The position numbers were made by a program, and so were the translations under genes. Shown piece after piece: positions 7,746 through 16,638 of a stretch of DNA of 64,000 nt. The stretch is from NCBI GenBank assembly GCA_034423175.1, contig DAOUJA010000062.1, positions 64,526 through 128,525 of the forward strand, written 5' to 3'. Every line of letters begins with the position of its first letter. Within the stretch, counting starts at the first letter, position 1. This DNA comes from Dehalococcoidia bacterium. GTDB lineage: Bacteria > Chloroflexota > Dehalococcoidia > Lucifugimonadales > Australimonadaceae. Below the pieces are notes generated by a model, which saw only the letters and a list, made by a program, of their open reading frames with translations, was not told the origin of the DNA and searched no databases.

Positions 7746-9461
7746 CTACAGCCCCTCTGCGTACGCAGAATGGAACGTGTCCGCGCCTGCGCGGAAGGCC
7801 CCGTCCGGGTCGCGGACGATCGCCACGGGGCTCGCGAAGCTGGCGAAACCGCCCTGTACGTGCCCTTCGCCGATGACCTGTATGCGGTGCCCCCGTCGTT
7901 CGAGTTCCGCGACCACGTCGGCGGGCAGGTCCCGGTGGACGAGGGTTGCCGGCTGCGAGCAGTCCACGCGCGGGGCGTCTATCGCCTCCTGCGGCCCCAT
8001 CCCGAAGTCGACCATCTTGGAGATCAGTTGCGTGACGCAGTTCGTGATCCGGCGCCCGCCGGACGCGCCGACCGCGAGGCGGACGCCCTTGTCGTCCAGT
8101 AGCAGCGCGGGAGTCATGTTGTTGAGCGGGTACTTGCCGGGCATGATGGAGTTCACGCGCCCGGGCACCGGGTCGAACCACATCATGCCGTTGTTCATCA
8201 CGACGCCCGTGCCCTTCGGCACGAACCCGGAGCCGAAGCCCGCCATGAGCGTGTTCGTCATCGACACCGCGTTGCCGTTCGCGTCGATGACGCACAGGTG
8301 CGTCGTGCCGGAGTCGAGCGCGGGCGCGCTCGCGGGCAGTCGCTCGCCCGGCGTGCCGTCGTCGAACGCCCACGGGTCTCCCGGCTCGGCGGGGTCCAGG
8401 CGTTGCATGTCGACCAATCCGCGTCGCAGGCCGGTATAGCCGTCGGAGACGAGGCCCTCCCACGGTACGGACACGAAGGCGGGGTCGGCCAGATACGCGA
8501 AACGGTCCGCATACGCGAGCCGGGCGCTGGAGATGTAGGCGTGGAGCGCATCTGGCGAGTTGTGGCCCATCGAGCGTGGTTTGAACCCGTCGAAGAGGCG
8601 CAGCGTCATCGCGGAGGTCGTACCGGCGCACGCGAACGGCGGCACCCGCACCGTGCAGCCGGCGTACGGGAACTCCAGCCCGCCTTCCCAGACGAATGGA
8701 CGATACTCCGCAAGGTCCCGCTCGGAGAGGATGCCGCCGCTGTCGCGGATGCCGGAGACGAGCGCGTGGGCCACGTCGCCGCTGTAGAACGCCTGCGGGC
8801 CGTCGCGTCCGACCGCCTCCAGCACGTCGGCCAACTCCGGCTGGCGGAGGAATGATGGAGTGGTTGCGTCGCCCGCGGGCAGCCTGTTGTCCGGCATGAA
8901 GATGCGGCGCAGCTCTCCGAACGCGAACAGCCGCTGAGCGAGGAGTCCCCACGAGTAGACGTTCTGCCATCCGGGAGAATGGCCGTCCCGTGCGAGCGAT
9001 ACCGCGGGCGCGAGCACCTCGCGCAGCGGGAGCCTGCCGAACAGCCGGTGCGCCTCACACAGCCCGGCCACCGCGCCCGGCGTAGCGATCGCTCCCGGCC
9101 CGTCCAGGTTCTCGTTGTTGACGACGCCGGGCCAGCCGAAGTTGCCGACCGCGGCCTCGCCGGTCAGTTCGTACATATCCGGGCGGGCGTCGAGCGGCCC
9201 CCGCATGGGGAAGCCGACGACACCGCCCTTGCCGCCGACCTGGTAGACGAGGTAGCCGCCCCCACCGATGCCGCTCGACTCCGGCTCCACGACGCCGACG
9301 GCGAAGCACGCCGCGACTGCCGCATCGACCGCGTTGCCGCCCATCTCGAGCATCTGCAGACCGGCCCGCGTGGCGTGGATGTCCTTCGTCGCGACCATCC
9401 CCCGCGACGCGCGCGCCTCGCTCTTTGTGATGGCCATCCGGGTCGGCGTGGCGTTGGTCAT
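7746..9461 (-). CDS. ggt: gamma-glutamyltransferase
   Basis: 571 aa containing the autoprocessing and active-site region ..SGTTHLCVIDANGNAVSMTNTL.. and a C-terminal GASGG.. Confidence 0.85.
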   Translation of the reverse strand: MTNATPTRMAITKSEARASRGMVATKDIHATRAGLQMLEMGGNAVDAAVAACFAVGVVEPESSGIGGGGYLVYQVGGKGGVVGFPMRGPLDARPDMYELTGEAAVGNFGWPGVVNNENLDGPGAIATPGAVAGLCEAHRLFGRLPLREVLAPAVSLARDGHSPGWQNVYSWGLLAQRLFAFGELRRIFMPDNRLPAGDATTPSFLRQPELADVLEAVGRDGPQAFYSGDVAHALVSGIRDSGGILSERDLAEYRPFVWEGGLEFPYAGCTVRVPPFACAGTTSAMTLRLFDGFKPRSMGHNSPDALHAYISSARLAYADRFAYLADPAFVSVPWEGLVSDGYTGLRRGLVDMQRLDPAEPGDPWAFDDGTPGERLPASAPALDSGTTHLCVIDANGNAVSMTNTLMAGFGSGFVPKGTGVVMNNGMMWFDPVPGRVNSIMPGKYPLNNMTPALLLDDKGVRLAVGASGGRRITNCVTQLISKMVDFGMGPQEAIDAPRVDCSQPATLVHRDLPADVVAELERRGHRIQVIGEGHVQGGFASFASPVAIVRDPDGAFRAGADTFHSAYAEGL

Positions 9462-9517
9462 CTTCTACTTCCGGAGAGGGATAGCGGGAGTGTAGCACCC
9501 GGAAGAGAGGGCAGTGC

Positions 9518-9568
9518 TTGACATGCGTAACTGGCCAGTACAACAATCTAGACAGAAGAACTGGACAG
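9518..9568 (+). promoter_or_regulatory. putative phd-vapC promoter with two AACTGG(C/A)CAG direct repeats
   Basis: TTGACA at 9518-9523. The 10-mers AACTGGCCAG (9529-9538) and AACTGGACAG (9559-9568) lie 30 bp apart, just upstream of the antitoxin start. Confidence 0.35.
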
Positions 9569-9578
9569 GAAAGATGTC

Positions 9579-9833
9579 ATGACTGAGTGGCAGTTGCAGG
9601 ATGCCAAGAACCGCTTCAGCGCCGTGGTCGACGCCGCGCTTGCAGGCACGCCGCAGTGCGTGACGCGGCGGGGCAAGCCCGCGGTGGTTGTGCTGTCGGT
9701 TGAGGAGTACGAGCGCCTGCGCCGCAACGAGAAGGCGGCAGCGCCAACGTTCGTCGAGATGCTGCTGGCCATGCCGCAGGATGATGGAGAATTCGAGCGG
9801 TGGCCAATGCAGGTCAGGGACGTGGAGTTCTGA
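9579..9833 (+). CDS. Phd/YefM-family antitoxin
   Basis: MTEWQLQDAKNRFSAVVDAA..GKPAVVVLSVEEYERL is the typical Phd/YefM fold signature. Confidence 0.8.
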   Translation: MTEWQLQDAKNRFSAVVDAALAGTPQCVTRRGKPAVVVLSVEEYERLRRNEKAAAPTFVEMLLAMPQDDGEFERWPMQVRDVEF

Positions 9834-10234
9834 TGTTCCTCCTCGATACCGACGTGCTGTCGGCATTCCGCAAGCGCGATCGTAACTCTGGCCTGCTGGG
9901 TTGGATGTCGGTTCAACGGATGTCGGACCTCTACGTAAGCGCGGTGTCGATCGGTGAGATGGAGCGAGGCATAACCCGCCAGCAGCGCCGCAACCCCGAG
10001 TTCGCACAAGTCTTGGCTGCCTGGCTGGATGACCTGCTGACCGTGTATGCCGGACGCATCCTGCCCATCGACCTCGCTGTGGCGCGGCGTTGGGGCATCC
10101 TGTCCGGTGCGCTCGGCTATGACAATACTGACCTGTTCATCGCCGCGACCGCCCTCGAGCACGGCCTGACCGTGGTGACCCGCAACGTCCGCCACTTCGA
10201 GCCCACGGGCGTGCCGGTCCTCAACCCGTTCTAA
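9833..10234 (+). CDS. vapC: PIN-domain toxin VapC
   Basis: MFLLDTDVLS.. at the N-terminus and ..DLFIAATALEHGLTVVTRNVRHF.. at the C-terminus. The ATG overlaps the antitoxin TGA (ATGA junction). Confidence 0.8.
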   Translation: MFLLDTDVLSAFRKRDRNSGLLGWMSVQRMSDLYVSAVSIGEMERGITRQQRRNPEFAQVLAAWLDDLLTVYAGRILPIDLAVARRWGILSGALGYDNTDLFIAATALEHGLTVVTRNVRHFEPTGVPVLNPF

Positions 10235-10243
10235 CGAGCCCTC

Positions 10244-11767
10244 CTACGCCGCCTGCGCCTCCGCGTTGACGCGGTCGAACTGCTCGGTGACATCGGGGGA
10301 GGGTGGCGAGGTGAGCAGGGTGACGACGACGGCGACGGGTATCGCCACGATGAAGCCGGGCGCGCTGGCGATGGCCATGTCGAACACCCCCCATGGGCCA
10401 CCCGAGGTGAACTGGAACACGCTGACCGTCGTCGCTCCCGCCACGATGGCGGCGAGCGCGCCCTGGAAGTTGAACCTGCGCCAGCAGAGCGCGAGGATAG
10501 TCACCGGTCCGAACGAAGCCCCCATGCCGCCCCACGCGTAGGCGACCAGGCTCGCTATCGAGTCCGGCCAGGCGATCGCCAGCACGCCCGAGATACCGCC
10601 GATGACCAGCAGCAGCGTGCGCCCCAGCCACACCCTGCCGGACGCCCACAGCACGCGCACGGGCTCCAGCCGGCGACCGAGCCGCCTGATGAGCGGAACG
10701 TCGTCCGTGGCGATGGCGGAGCCGAGCAGGAGTTGCGAGTCCGCCGTGCTCATGATGGCGGCGACCACGCCCGTGAGCAGCAGGCCGGTGAAGATGGGGT
10801 TGAAGAACGCCTCAGATACCACGAAGTAGACGCGCTCCGGGTCGAAGAGGCTCTCGCCGCCCAGCAGGCCCATCTCCATGAGGGCCGGGCGCGCCACGAT
10901 GCCGAACAGGAACCCGAACGAGAAGATGAGGACGATCCAGGTGACAGCGAAGTTGCGGCTCTGGGTGACCCTCCCCTCGCTCTCTATCGCCATGAAGCGC
11001 TGCAGCACGCGCTGCGACCCGAACGCGCCCAGCCCCCAGCCTGCGGTCGAGAGGACGAACACGGCGGTGATGGTCTCGTTCCCGGCGTCGGTGAACGGGT
11101 TGAGGAACCCCGTCGGCTGTCCTTCCCCACTGAACGGAGAGGTGGTGGTGGAGATGAGCGTGAGCGGCAGGATGATGAAGCACGAGAGCATCACCATCGA
11201 CTGGAACACGTCCGTGCGGGAGACGGCCATGAAGCCGCTGATGAACGTGTACGACGTGACCGCGGCGAGCGTTATCAGCACGCCGGCGTTGTGCTCCAGG
11301 CCGAAGATCGTCCCCAGCAGTTTCGTGCCGCCGATCAGCCCGGAGTTGACGTAGAACATGATGAAGAGGAGCGTCAGGGCTGACGCCACCGTCCGCAGTG
11401 CGCCCGTCGGGTCCCCGAACCGCTTCTCCAGGAAGTCCGGCAGTGTGAGCGATTCCGTTGCTATCGTGTAGCGCCGCAACCGCCTTGCCACGAATGTCCA
11501 GTTGAACCACGCGCCCAGCACGAGGGCCACGAGCGTCCACAGGTGCACGGTGCCCTCGGAGAACGCCAGGGCCGGGAAGACGAGCATCGTCCAGCCGCTG
11601 GTCGTGGACGAACTGGCGCTGAGCGCCGACGTGAAGCTGCTCATCCGCCTGCCGGCGAGCACGTAGTCGGCCATCTCGCGCATCCGCACTGCGCCGACGA
11701 GAGCTATGGCGATCAGCGCGAGGAAGTACGCTGCGAAGACCGCGATGATGACGGGCTGGATCTCCAT
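10244..11767 (-). CDS. sodium:solute symporter family transporter (PutP/PanF-like)
   Basis: 507 aa with about 13 hydrophobic helices and the SSF-type pattern ..GRRMSSFTSALSASSSTTSGW.. Confidence 0.8.
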   Translation of the reverse strand: MEIQPVIIAVFAAYFLALIAIALVGAVRMREMADYVLAGRRMSSFTSALSASSSTTSGWTMLVFPALAFSEGTVHLWTLVALVLGAWFNWTFVARRLRRYTIATESLTLPDFLEKRFGDPTGALRTVASALTLLFIMFYVNSGLIGGTKLLGTIFGLEHNAGVLITLAAVTSYTFISGFMAVSRTDVFQSMVMLSCFIILPLTLISTTTSPFSGEGQPTGFLNPFTDAGNETITAVFVLSTAGWGLGAFGSQRVLQRFMAIESEGRVTQSRNFAVTWIVLIFSFGFLFGIVARPALMEMGLLGGESLFDPERVYFVVSEAFFNPIFTGLLLTGVVAAIMSTADSQLLLGSAIATDDVPLIRRLGRRLEPVRVLWASGRVWLGRTLLLVIGGISGVLAIAWPDSIASLVAYAWGGMGASFGPVTILALCWRRFNFQGALAAIVAGATTVSVFQFTSGGPWGVFDMAIASAPGFIVAIPVAVVVTLLTSPPSPDVTEQFDRVNAEAQAA

Positions 11768-11820
11768 AGTGCAAGCGCACTATAGAAGCGAGATGAACGC
11801 ACTGCCAAGCGGCCGGGAGT

Positions 11821-11925
11821 GTCATTTCGAGTGTAGCCGGGAAATCTCTCGGGGAGACGCCCCGCTGTTGCAGACGCCCCCTGAGAGATGCTTCGACCAC
11901 GCCCTCCGGCTGCGCTCAGCATGAC
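11821..11925. repeat. about 105-bp MITE/REP-like element forming a long imperfect hairpin
   Basis: Begins GTCATTTCGAG and ends CTCAGCATGAC (GTCAT/ATGAC termini). Internal complementary arms are ATCTCTCGGGG / CCCCTGAGAGAT and GTAGCCGG / CCGGCTGC. It lies in a divergent intergenic region. Confidence 0.5.
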
Positions 11926-11951
11926 GCGCTCCCTGTGGTAGTATCCGCGCC

Positions 11952-12719
11952 ATGGCGGACGACGCACAACTGCAGGCGCTGCGCGAGCAGGTGGCGCTGG
12001 CCAACCGGCTGCTGCACCACTACGGCCTCGGCGCGTACCAGGGACACGTGAGCGCGCGCGTGCCGGACTCGGACCTCGTCCTGATCCGCGCGACGCCGTC
12101 CGTGAGCCTCGAGCGCGTCGAGGCAGGCGACCTCATGCTCATCGACCTCGACGGCAACGTCGTGCAGGCGAGCGAGGCCTATCCGGGGCGCGTCGGCTCG
12201 TGGGCGCTCCACACGGAGATCTACAAGGCGCGGCCCGAGGTGAACGCCGTCACGCACACGCACCAGAAGTGGTGCACCGTGTTCGGCCTCGCCGGGCACG
12301 ACGTGCTCCCCGTCATCCACCCGCCGACGGCATCCGTCGCCGCGGAACGGTGGCCGGTCTACACCGGCCCGCCGGACGCCGTCGACTCGCCGGAGAAGGG
12401 TGCCGCGGTCGCCTCGTGGCTCGGCGGCAACGTCGCGTGCCACCTGCGCGGCCACGGCATGGTGTTCGTCGGCACGACGGTCTCGAAGTCGATGCTCGCC
12501 GCCGCCGACGCCGAGGAGCAGGCCGAGCTGACGTGGCGCGCGATGCTCGTCGGCACGCCGGAGTGGATCGAGGAGGAGTATCTCGCGGACGACGTTGCGA
12601 AGCGCTGGGAGCCGCCGAAGCCCGACGTGCGGGACGGCGTCGCCCGCGGCGAGTGGGGCAACCAGGAGTGGCTGGACGCCCACCGCGACTCGGCCTACGT
12701 CCGCCACACGGGGCTGTAG
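11952..12719 (+). CDS. class II aldolase/adducin-family protein
   Basis: ..GHVSARVP....LI..TP....V...DL..IDLDGN.. and ..HTEIY..RP.VNAVTHTHQ.. motifs. Confidence 0.75.
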   Translation: MADDAQLQALREQVALANRLLHHYGLGAYQGHVSARVPDSDLVLIRATPSVSLERVEAGDLMLIDLDGNVVQASEAYPGRVGSWALHTEIYKARPEVNAVTHTHQKWCTVFGLAGHDVLPVIHPPTASVAAERWPVYTGPPDAVDSPEKGAAVASWLGGNVACHLRGHGMVFVGTTVSKSMLAAADAEEQAELTWRAMLVGTPEWIEEEYLADDVAKRWEPPKPDVRDGVARGEWGNQEWLDAHRDSAYVRHTGL

Positions 12720-12721
12720 CC

Positions 12722-13465
12722 ATGACCGACGACGCGCTCGCAGCATTGCGCGAGACGGTGGCCGTCTCCCACCGCCTCCTCTACCTCACCGGCCTCGGCA
12801 CGACGCGCGGGCACACCAGCGCGCGCATCCCGGACACCGACACGTTCTTCATCAAGCCGTGGCCCCACATCCAGATGCACCGCGTCCGCGCCGGGGACCT
12901 CATCGTCATGGACCTGGACGGCAACATCGTCGGCGCCGGCGACCGCCAGATCACGAAGGTCAGCGAGTGGCCGATCCACGCCGAGATCTACCGCACACAC
13001 CCGGACGTCGGCTCCATCATCCACACGCACCAGAAGTGGGCGACGATGATGGGACTCGCGGGCGCGACTATCCTCCCGCTTCTCGACCCCGAGCTCTCCA
13101 CCGCCGTCGCTCACGAGCCGGTCATGTTCGACGAGGACAAGGCGCTGATCCGGAGCGTGGAGCAGGGCAGGGCGGTCTCCGCGCGGATGCAGGGCGCGAA
13201 CGCCTGCCACCTGCAGAACCACGGCATGGTCTTCACCGGCCCGAACGTCGAGACCGCCACGATCGACGCCATCGCGACCGAGCACCTGGCCGAGATGACG
13301 TGGCACGCGAAACTCATCGGCACGCCCGAGGCGATGCCCGAACTCATCCTCCAGCCCCGCCTCGCCCGCCGCTCCGCCGGCGAAGTCTCCGAGGCGTGGG
13401 AGCACTACTGGAAGTGGGTCGACGCCAACCCGGAATCGCTCAGGCCGCGGTCGGCGGATATCTAG
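12722..13465 (+). CDS. class II aldolase/adducin-family protein (paralog)
   Basis: Same motif set (GHTSARIP, HAEIYRTHPDVGSIIHTHQ). The start lies 2 nt after the paralog's stop. Confidence 0.75.
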   Translation: MTDDALAALRETVAVSHRLLYLTGLGTTRGHTSARIPDTDTFFIKPWPHIQMHRVRAGDLIVMDLDGNIVGAGDRQITKVSEWPIHAEIYRTHPDVGSIIHTHQKWATMMGLAGATILPLLDPELSTAVAHEPVMFDEDKALIRSVEQGRAVSARMQGANACHLQNHGMVFTGPNVETATIDAIATEHLAEMTWHAKLIGTPEAMPELILQPRLARRSAGEVSEAWEHYWKWVDANPESLRPRSADI

Positions 13466-13482
13466 GGGGCGCCCTCAACCTC

Positions 13483-13510
13483 GTCATTCCCGCGAAGGCG
13501 GGAATCCAGC
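13483..13510 (+). repeat. REP-like hairpin element (GTCATTCCCGCGAAGGCGGGAATCC type)
   Basis: Stem ATTCCCGC / GCGGGAAT with a 4-nt loop. Related copies lie at 37413, 55309 and 60622 in this window. Confidence 0.5.
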
Positions 13511-13578
13511 GTGGCGGACTACCTGTACTGTAAAGAGGCCACGCCGACGTGGCTGTTGAGCAATAGGAGGAGCGGTTA

Positions 13579-14826
13579 GTGAGGATTCGCATTCACAGGG
13601 GTACGAAGGAGATAGGCGGAACCTGTATCGAAGTGGAAGCGGCCGGGCGCCACATCGCTCTGGACGTGGGTTTACCCTTGGACGCACTCGATGGACAAGC
13701 CGAAACTCTGTTACCCCGTGTTTCGGGTTTCAGGGAGCCTGACGAGAACTTCCTGGGGGTTGTAGTCTCGCACCCGCACCAGGACCACTACGGTCTTGCC
13801 CGGCACCTCCGGCCAGACGTGCCTGTGTACATCGGGCAGAGAGCGCACAATATCCTCAAGGCTGCCAGCCCTTACGTTCCAGGAGGGCATTCCTTCCACA
13901 ACCCGCGCTTCATTGCTGACAGGACCACATCTGAAATAGGGCCGTTTCGAATCACGCCCTACTTGGTCGATCACAGCGCCTTTGACGCCTACGCCCTGCT
14001 GGTCGAAGCCGACGACAAGCGAATCTACTACTCCGGTGATTTTCGGGGACACGGGCGGAAGAGCGGACTATTCGAACGCACGTTGCGGCAACCACCCGCC
14101 GATATCGACGTCCTGCTGATGGAAGGGACGACCATCGGGCGGGTGGGGTCGAGTGAGGGTTTTGCGACCGAGGATGACTTGGAGTGGCAGTTCGTCCAAG
14201 CGTTCCGCGAGACACCGGGCGCCCATCTGGTGTGGACATCGACACAGAACATCGACCGATTGGTCACCGTCTTCCGCGCCGCCAAGCGGACGGGGCGTTA
14301 CTTGATCATTGGTCTATACACCGCGATTGTTCTGGAAGCCACAGGAGGAAGTCGTATCCCCCAATCTGATTGGGAGGGAGTAAAGGTATACATCCCACAC
14401 AGGCAGCGGGTTCATATCAAGGAGAACGGCCTGTTCGACGATCTTCGCCGGCATGTGGTCAACCGCATCTTCCCGGAAGACCTACCCGACCTCAGGGAGC
14501 GAGCCGTCATGCTCTTCACACCCTCGATGATGGGAGACAGGGGAGTTCAGAACGCGCTGGACGGCGCCCATCTCAGCTACTCGATGTGGGAAGGCTATCT
14601 CAAGCAGCTAGGGGCGCAAAGGGTGGCGCGATGGCTGGAGGACCACGAAATCCCATGGCGGACCATCCACACGTCGGGCCACGCCTCAGTCGCCGACCTC
14701 CAGCGATTCGCCAATGCGCTCGCTCCAAAGAAGTTGGTGCCGATTCACTCGTTCGAAACAGGCCGGTTCTCCGAGTTCTTTGATAACGTCATTCAGCAAC
14801 AGGATGGCGTATGGTGGGATGTTTAG
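13579..14826 (+). CDS. metallo-beta-lactamase-fold nuclease, beta-CASP-like
   Basis: MBL motifs LDVG, SHPHQDHYG, DHSAFDA and YSGDF. beta-CASP-like motifs LLMEGTTIG and a C-terminal HTSGHAS. AGGAGG lies upstream of the GTG at 13579. Confidence 0.7.
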   Translation: MRIRIHRGTKEIGGTCIEVEAAGRHIALDVGLPLDALDGQAETLLPRVSGFREPDENFLGVVVSHPHQDHYGLARHLRPDVPVYIGQRAHNILKAASPYVPGGHSFHNPRFIADRTTSEIGPFRITPYLVDHSAFDAYALLVEADDKRIYYSGDFRGHGRKSGLFERTLRQPPADIDVLLMEGTTIGRVGSSEGFATEDDLEWQFVQAFRETPGAHLVWTSTQNIDRLVTVFRAAKRTGRYLIIGLYTAIVLEATGGSRIPQSDWEGVKVYIPHRQRVHIKENGLFDDLRRHVVNRIFPEDLPDLRERAVMLFTPSMMGDRGVQNALDGAHLSYSMWEGYLKQLGAQRVARWLEDHEIPWRTIHTSGHASVADLQRFANALAPKKLVPIHSFETGRFSEFFDNVIQQQDGVWWDV

Positions 14827-14904
14827 GCCAGGCGTCGGCAGCCACAGCGCTCCGGCGGACTGGTGACCCTGTGTGCGCCACATTACTTCTGGGAGGTCAT
14901 CAAG

Positions 14905-15846
14905 ATGGCAAAGATCAGCTACCCGCGTGCTCCGTCCGAAGCACTACAGAAGCTCCTGCTGCCGGGAAGGTACCTCGCGCCAGTCATAGACCTGAACAGA
15001 CGCAAGTTCAGGGGAATGGAATTGGATGTCCACTTCCGAACCGGCAACGAGGTACACGTGTACTACGGGCAGACGAGGATACTTACCGTCAAACTGCTCT
15101 CAGGGCCCGCCAGACAACTGAGCGTCGATGCCTACTCCACATACAAGGCGCAGGATAGCGCAGAAGCAGCGGGAGTCTTCCGTCAATGGAAGGTTGGTGA
15201 ACCTGGGTTCAGCGAGGCGATTGAGGCCTACCTCGACGGAGTAGAGGTAAACTCACGATTCACAGAGCGAGAGGGCGCAGTTCAATCGCAATGGGCGGGC
15301 GTAACGGAACCGTGGGTCCCCTTCGATCGTGAGGCCGAGCTCAAATATGAGTTCAAGGGACATTGGGGAGACGCCACGCAGTTCGCACAGGTCGAATCGG
15401 CGTTTGAGCGCATACAGGACGAGGCAACCAAGAGGGATTGGAAGAAGTTGCGGCGGGATAAGAAGCATCGAAAAGTGGACCAACTGGCAGTTGACCTGGA
15501 GGGTCGGCTGGTTCTCATTGAATTGAAGGACGCCAGGGCTAGTGATGTCTACTATGTGCCCTTCCAGCTATTGCAGTATGCATGGGAGTGGCACAGTGCT
15601 CTGAGGGATGTGCACACCGATCTCAGGAAACTGATTCGCGCTCGCGCAGCGGTAGGGCTCGGCGACGCCCCTGCATCCAGTGGTGGCATGCGGGTAGCGG
15701 TCGGATTCGGCCTAGACAAGCGAACCTCAAGGGTGAAGTGCCGCTACGAGATAGTCCTCGGGATAGCCAACGACCACCTGCCGCCTGGCGTGGGTTCCAT
15801 TGAGACATGGGAGCACACCGGTGGAGAGGCGCGCCAAGTCTCGTAG
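14905..15846 (+). CDS. hypothetical protein with a NucS/DUF91-like PD-(D/E)xK nuclease core
   Basis: ..KVDQLAVDLEGRLVLIELKD.. matches the D-x(n)-E-x-K core seen in NucS-type endonucleases. I could not assign the N-terminal ~190 aa. GGGAGG at 14891-14896 precedes the ATG. Confidence 0.45.
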   Translation: MAKISYPRAPSEALQKLLLPGRYLAPVIDLNRRKFRGMELDVHFRTGNEVHVYYGQTRILTVKLLSGPARQLSVDAYSTYKAQDSAEAAGVFRQWKVGEPGFSEAIEAYLDGVEVNSRFTEREGAVQSQWAGVTEPWVPFDREAELKYEFKGHWGDATQFAQVESAFERIQDEATKRDWKKLRRDKKHRKVDQLAVDLEGRLVLIELKDARASDVYYVPFQLLQYAWEWHSALRDVHTDLRKLIRARAAVGLGDAPASSGGMRVAVGFGLDKRTSRVKCRYEIVLGIANDHLPPGVGSIETWEHTGGEARQVS

Positions 15847-15917
15847 CGGATATCTGGTGCACCTACAGGACTCGAAGACGGAGAAGGGTAGGGCGAGGCT
15901 TCACCCTACCCGCCCCC

Positions 15918-15970
15918 CCCCCGTTCAGGCTCGCGTGGCGCACGTCCTTGCGGACCTTGCCGTCGGCGGT
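15918..15970 (-). repeat. degenerate copy of the ubiD 3' end (direct-repeat partner of 17300-17352)
   Basis: 45 of 53 nt identical by manual count, including a perfect 32-mer (15939-15970 = 17321-17352). The minus strand reads TADGKVRKDVRHASLNGGG against the UbiD C-terminus TADGKVRKDVRRAGRNGGG. Confidence 0.7.
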
Positions 15971-15978
15971 TCTCCCCC

Positions 15979-16305
15979 CTACTTCCCCAGCACCGCTTCG
16001 CGGAGGGCGGCGTTCGCGCGAGTCTGCCAGCCGGGGCCGTCTGCGCGGAGCCGCGCCACAACGTCGGCATCGAGGCGGATCGTCACGCGCGTCTTGGGGT
16101 GCTCCTTGCGCAGGTGGGGCGCAACCTTCAGCCTGCCCTCGCGGTACGCCTTCACGATGTGTGGGACGACCTCGACCGCAGGGCGCATGCGGGCGAAGTC
16201 CTCGTCCGTCAACTCCGGGTTGTCAGGGTCCAGGGCGATGCCCCTCCGGATCTCTTGTTCCTCTTCCGGCGTCGGGCTTATGTGTCCAGGCTTAAGTGGC
16301 GGCAT
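15979..16305 (-). CDS. brnA: BrnA-family antitoxin (copy 2 of a tandem duplication)
   Basis: 108 aa with ..VKAYREGRL..KTRVTIRLDADVVARLRA.GPGWQTRANAALREAV, typical of BrnA. Confidence 0.75.
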   Translation of the reverse strand: MPPLKPGHISPTPEEEQEIRRGIALDPDNPELTDEDFARMRPAVEVVPHIVKAYREGRLKVAPHLRKEHPKTRVTIRLDADVVARLRADGPGWQTRANAALREAVLGK

Positions 16306-16311
16306 AGCGTC

Positions 16312-16638
16312 TCATTTCCCCAGCACGGCCTCGCGGAGCGCGGCGTTCGCGCGGGTCTGCCAGCCGGGACCGTCTGCGCGGAGGCGGGCTACGACATCGG
16401 CGTCGAGGCGGATCGTCACGCGCGTCTTGGGGTGCTCCTTGCGCAGGTCGGGCGCGATAGTGAGCCTGCCCTCGCGGTACGCCTTCACGATTTCAGGCAC
16501 CACCTCTATCGCGGGACGCGAGCGGGCCCATTCCTCCTCTGTCCACTCCCGAGCGTCGGGGTCCAGGGCGATGCCCCTGTTGATGGCCTCTTCCTCTTCC
16601 GGCGTCGGCCAGATGGTACCGGGCTTAAGTGGCGGCAT
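16312..16638 (-). CDS. brnA: BrnA-family antitoxin (copy adjacent to brnT)
   Basis: 108-aa paralog of 15979-16305. The start overlaps the brnT stop by 14 nt. Confidence 0.75.
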   Translation of the reverse strand: MPPLKPGTIWPTPEEEEAINRGIALDPDAREWTEEEWARSRPAIEVVPEIVKAYREGRLTIAPDLRKEHPKTRVTIRLDADVVARLRADGPGWQTRANAALREAVLGK

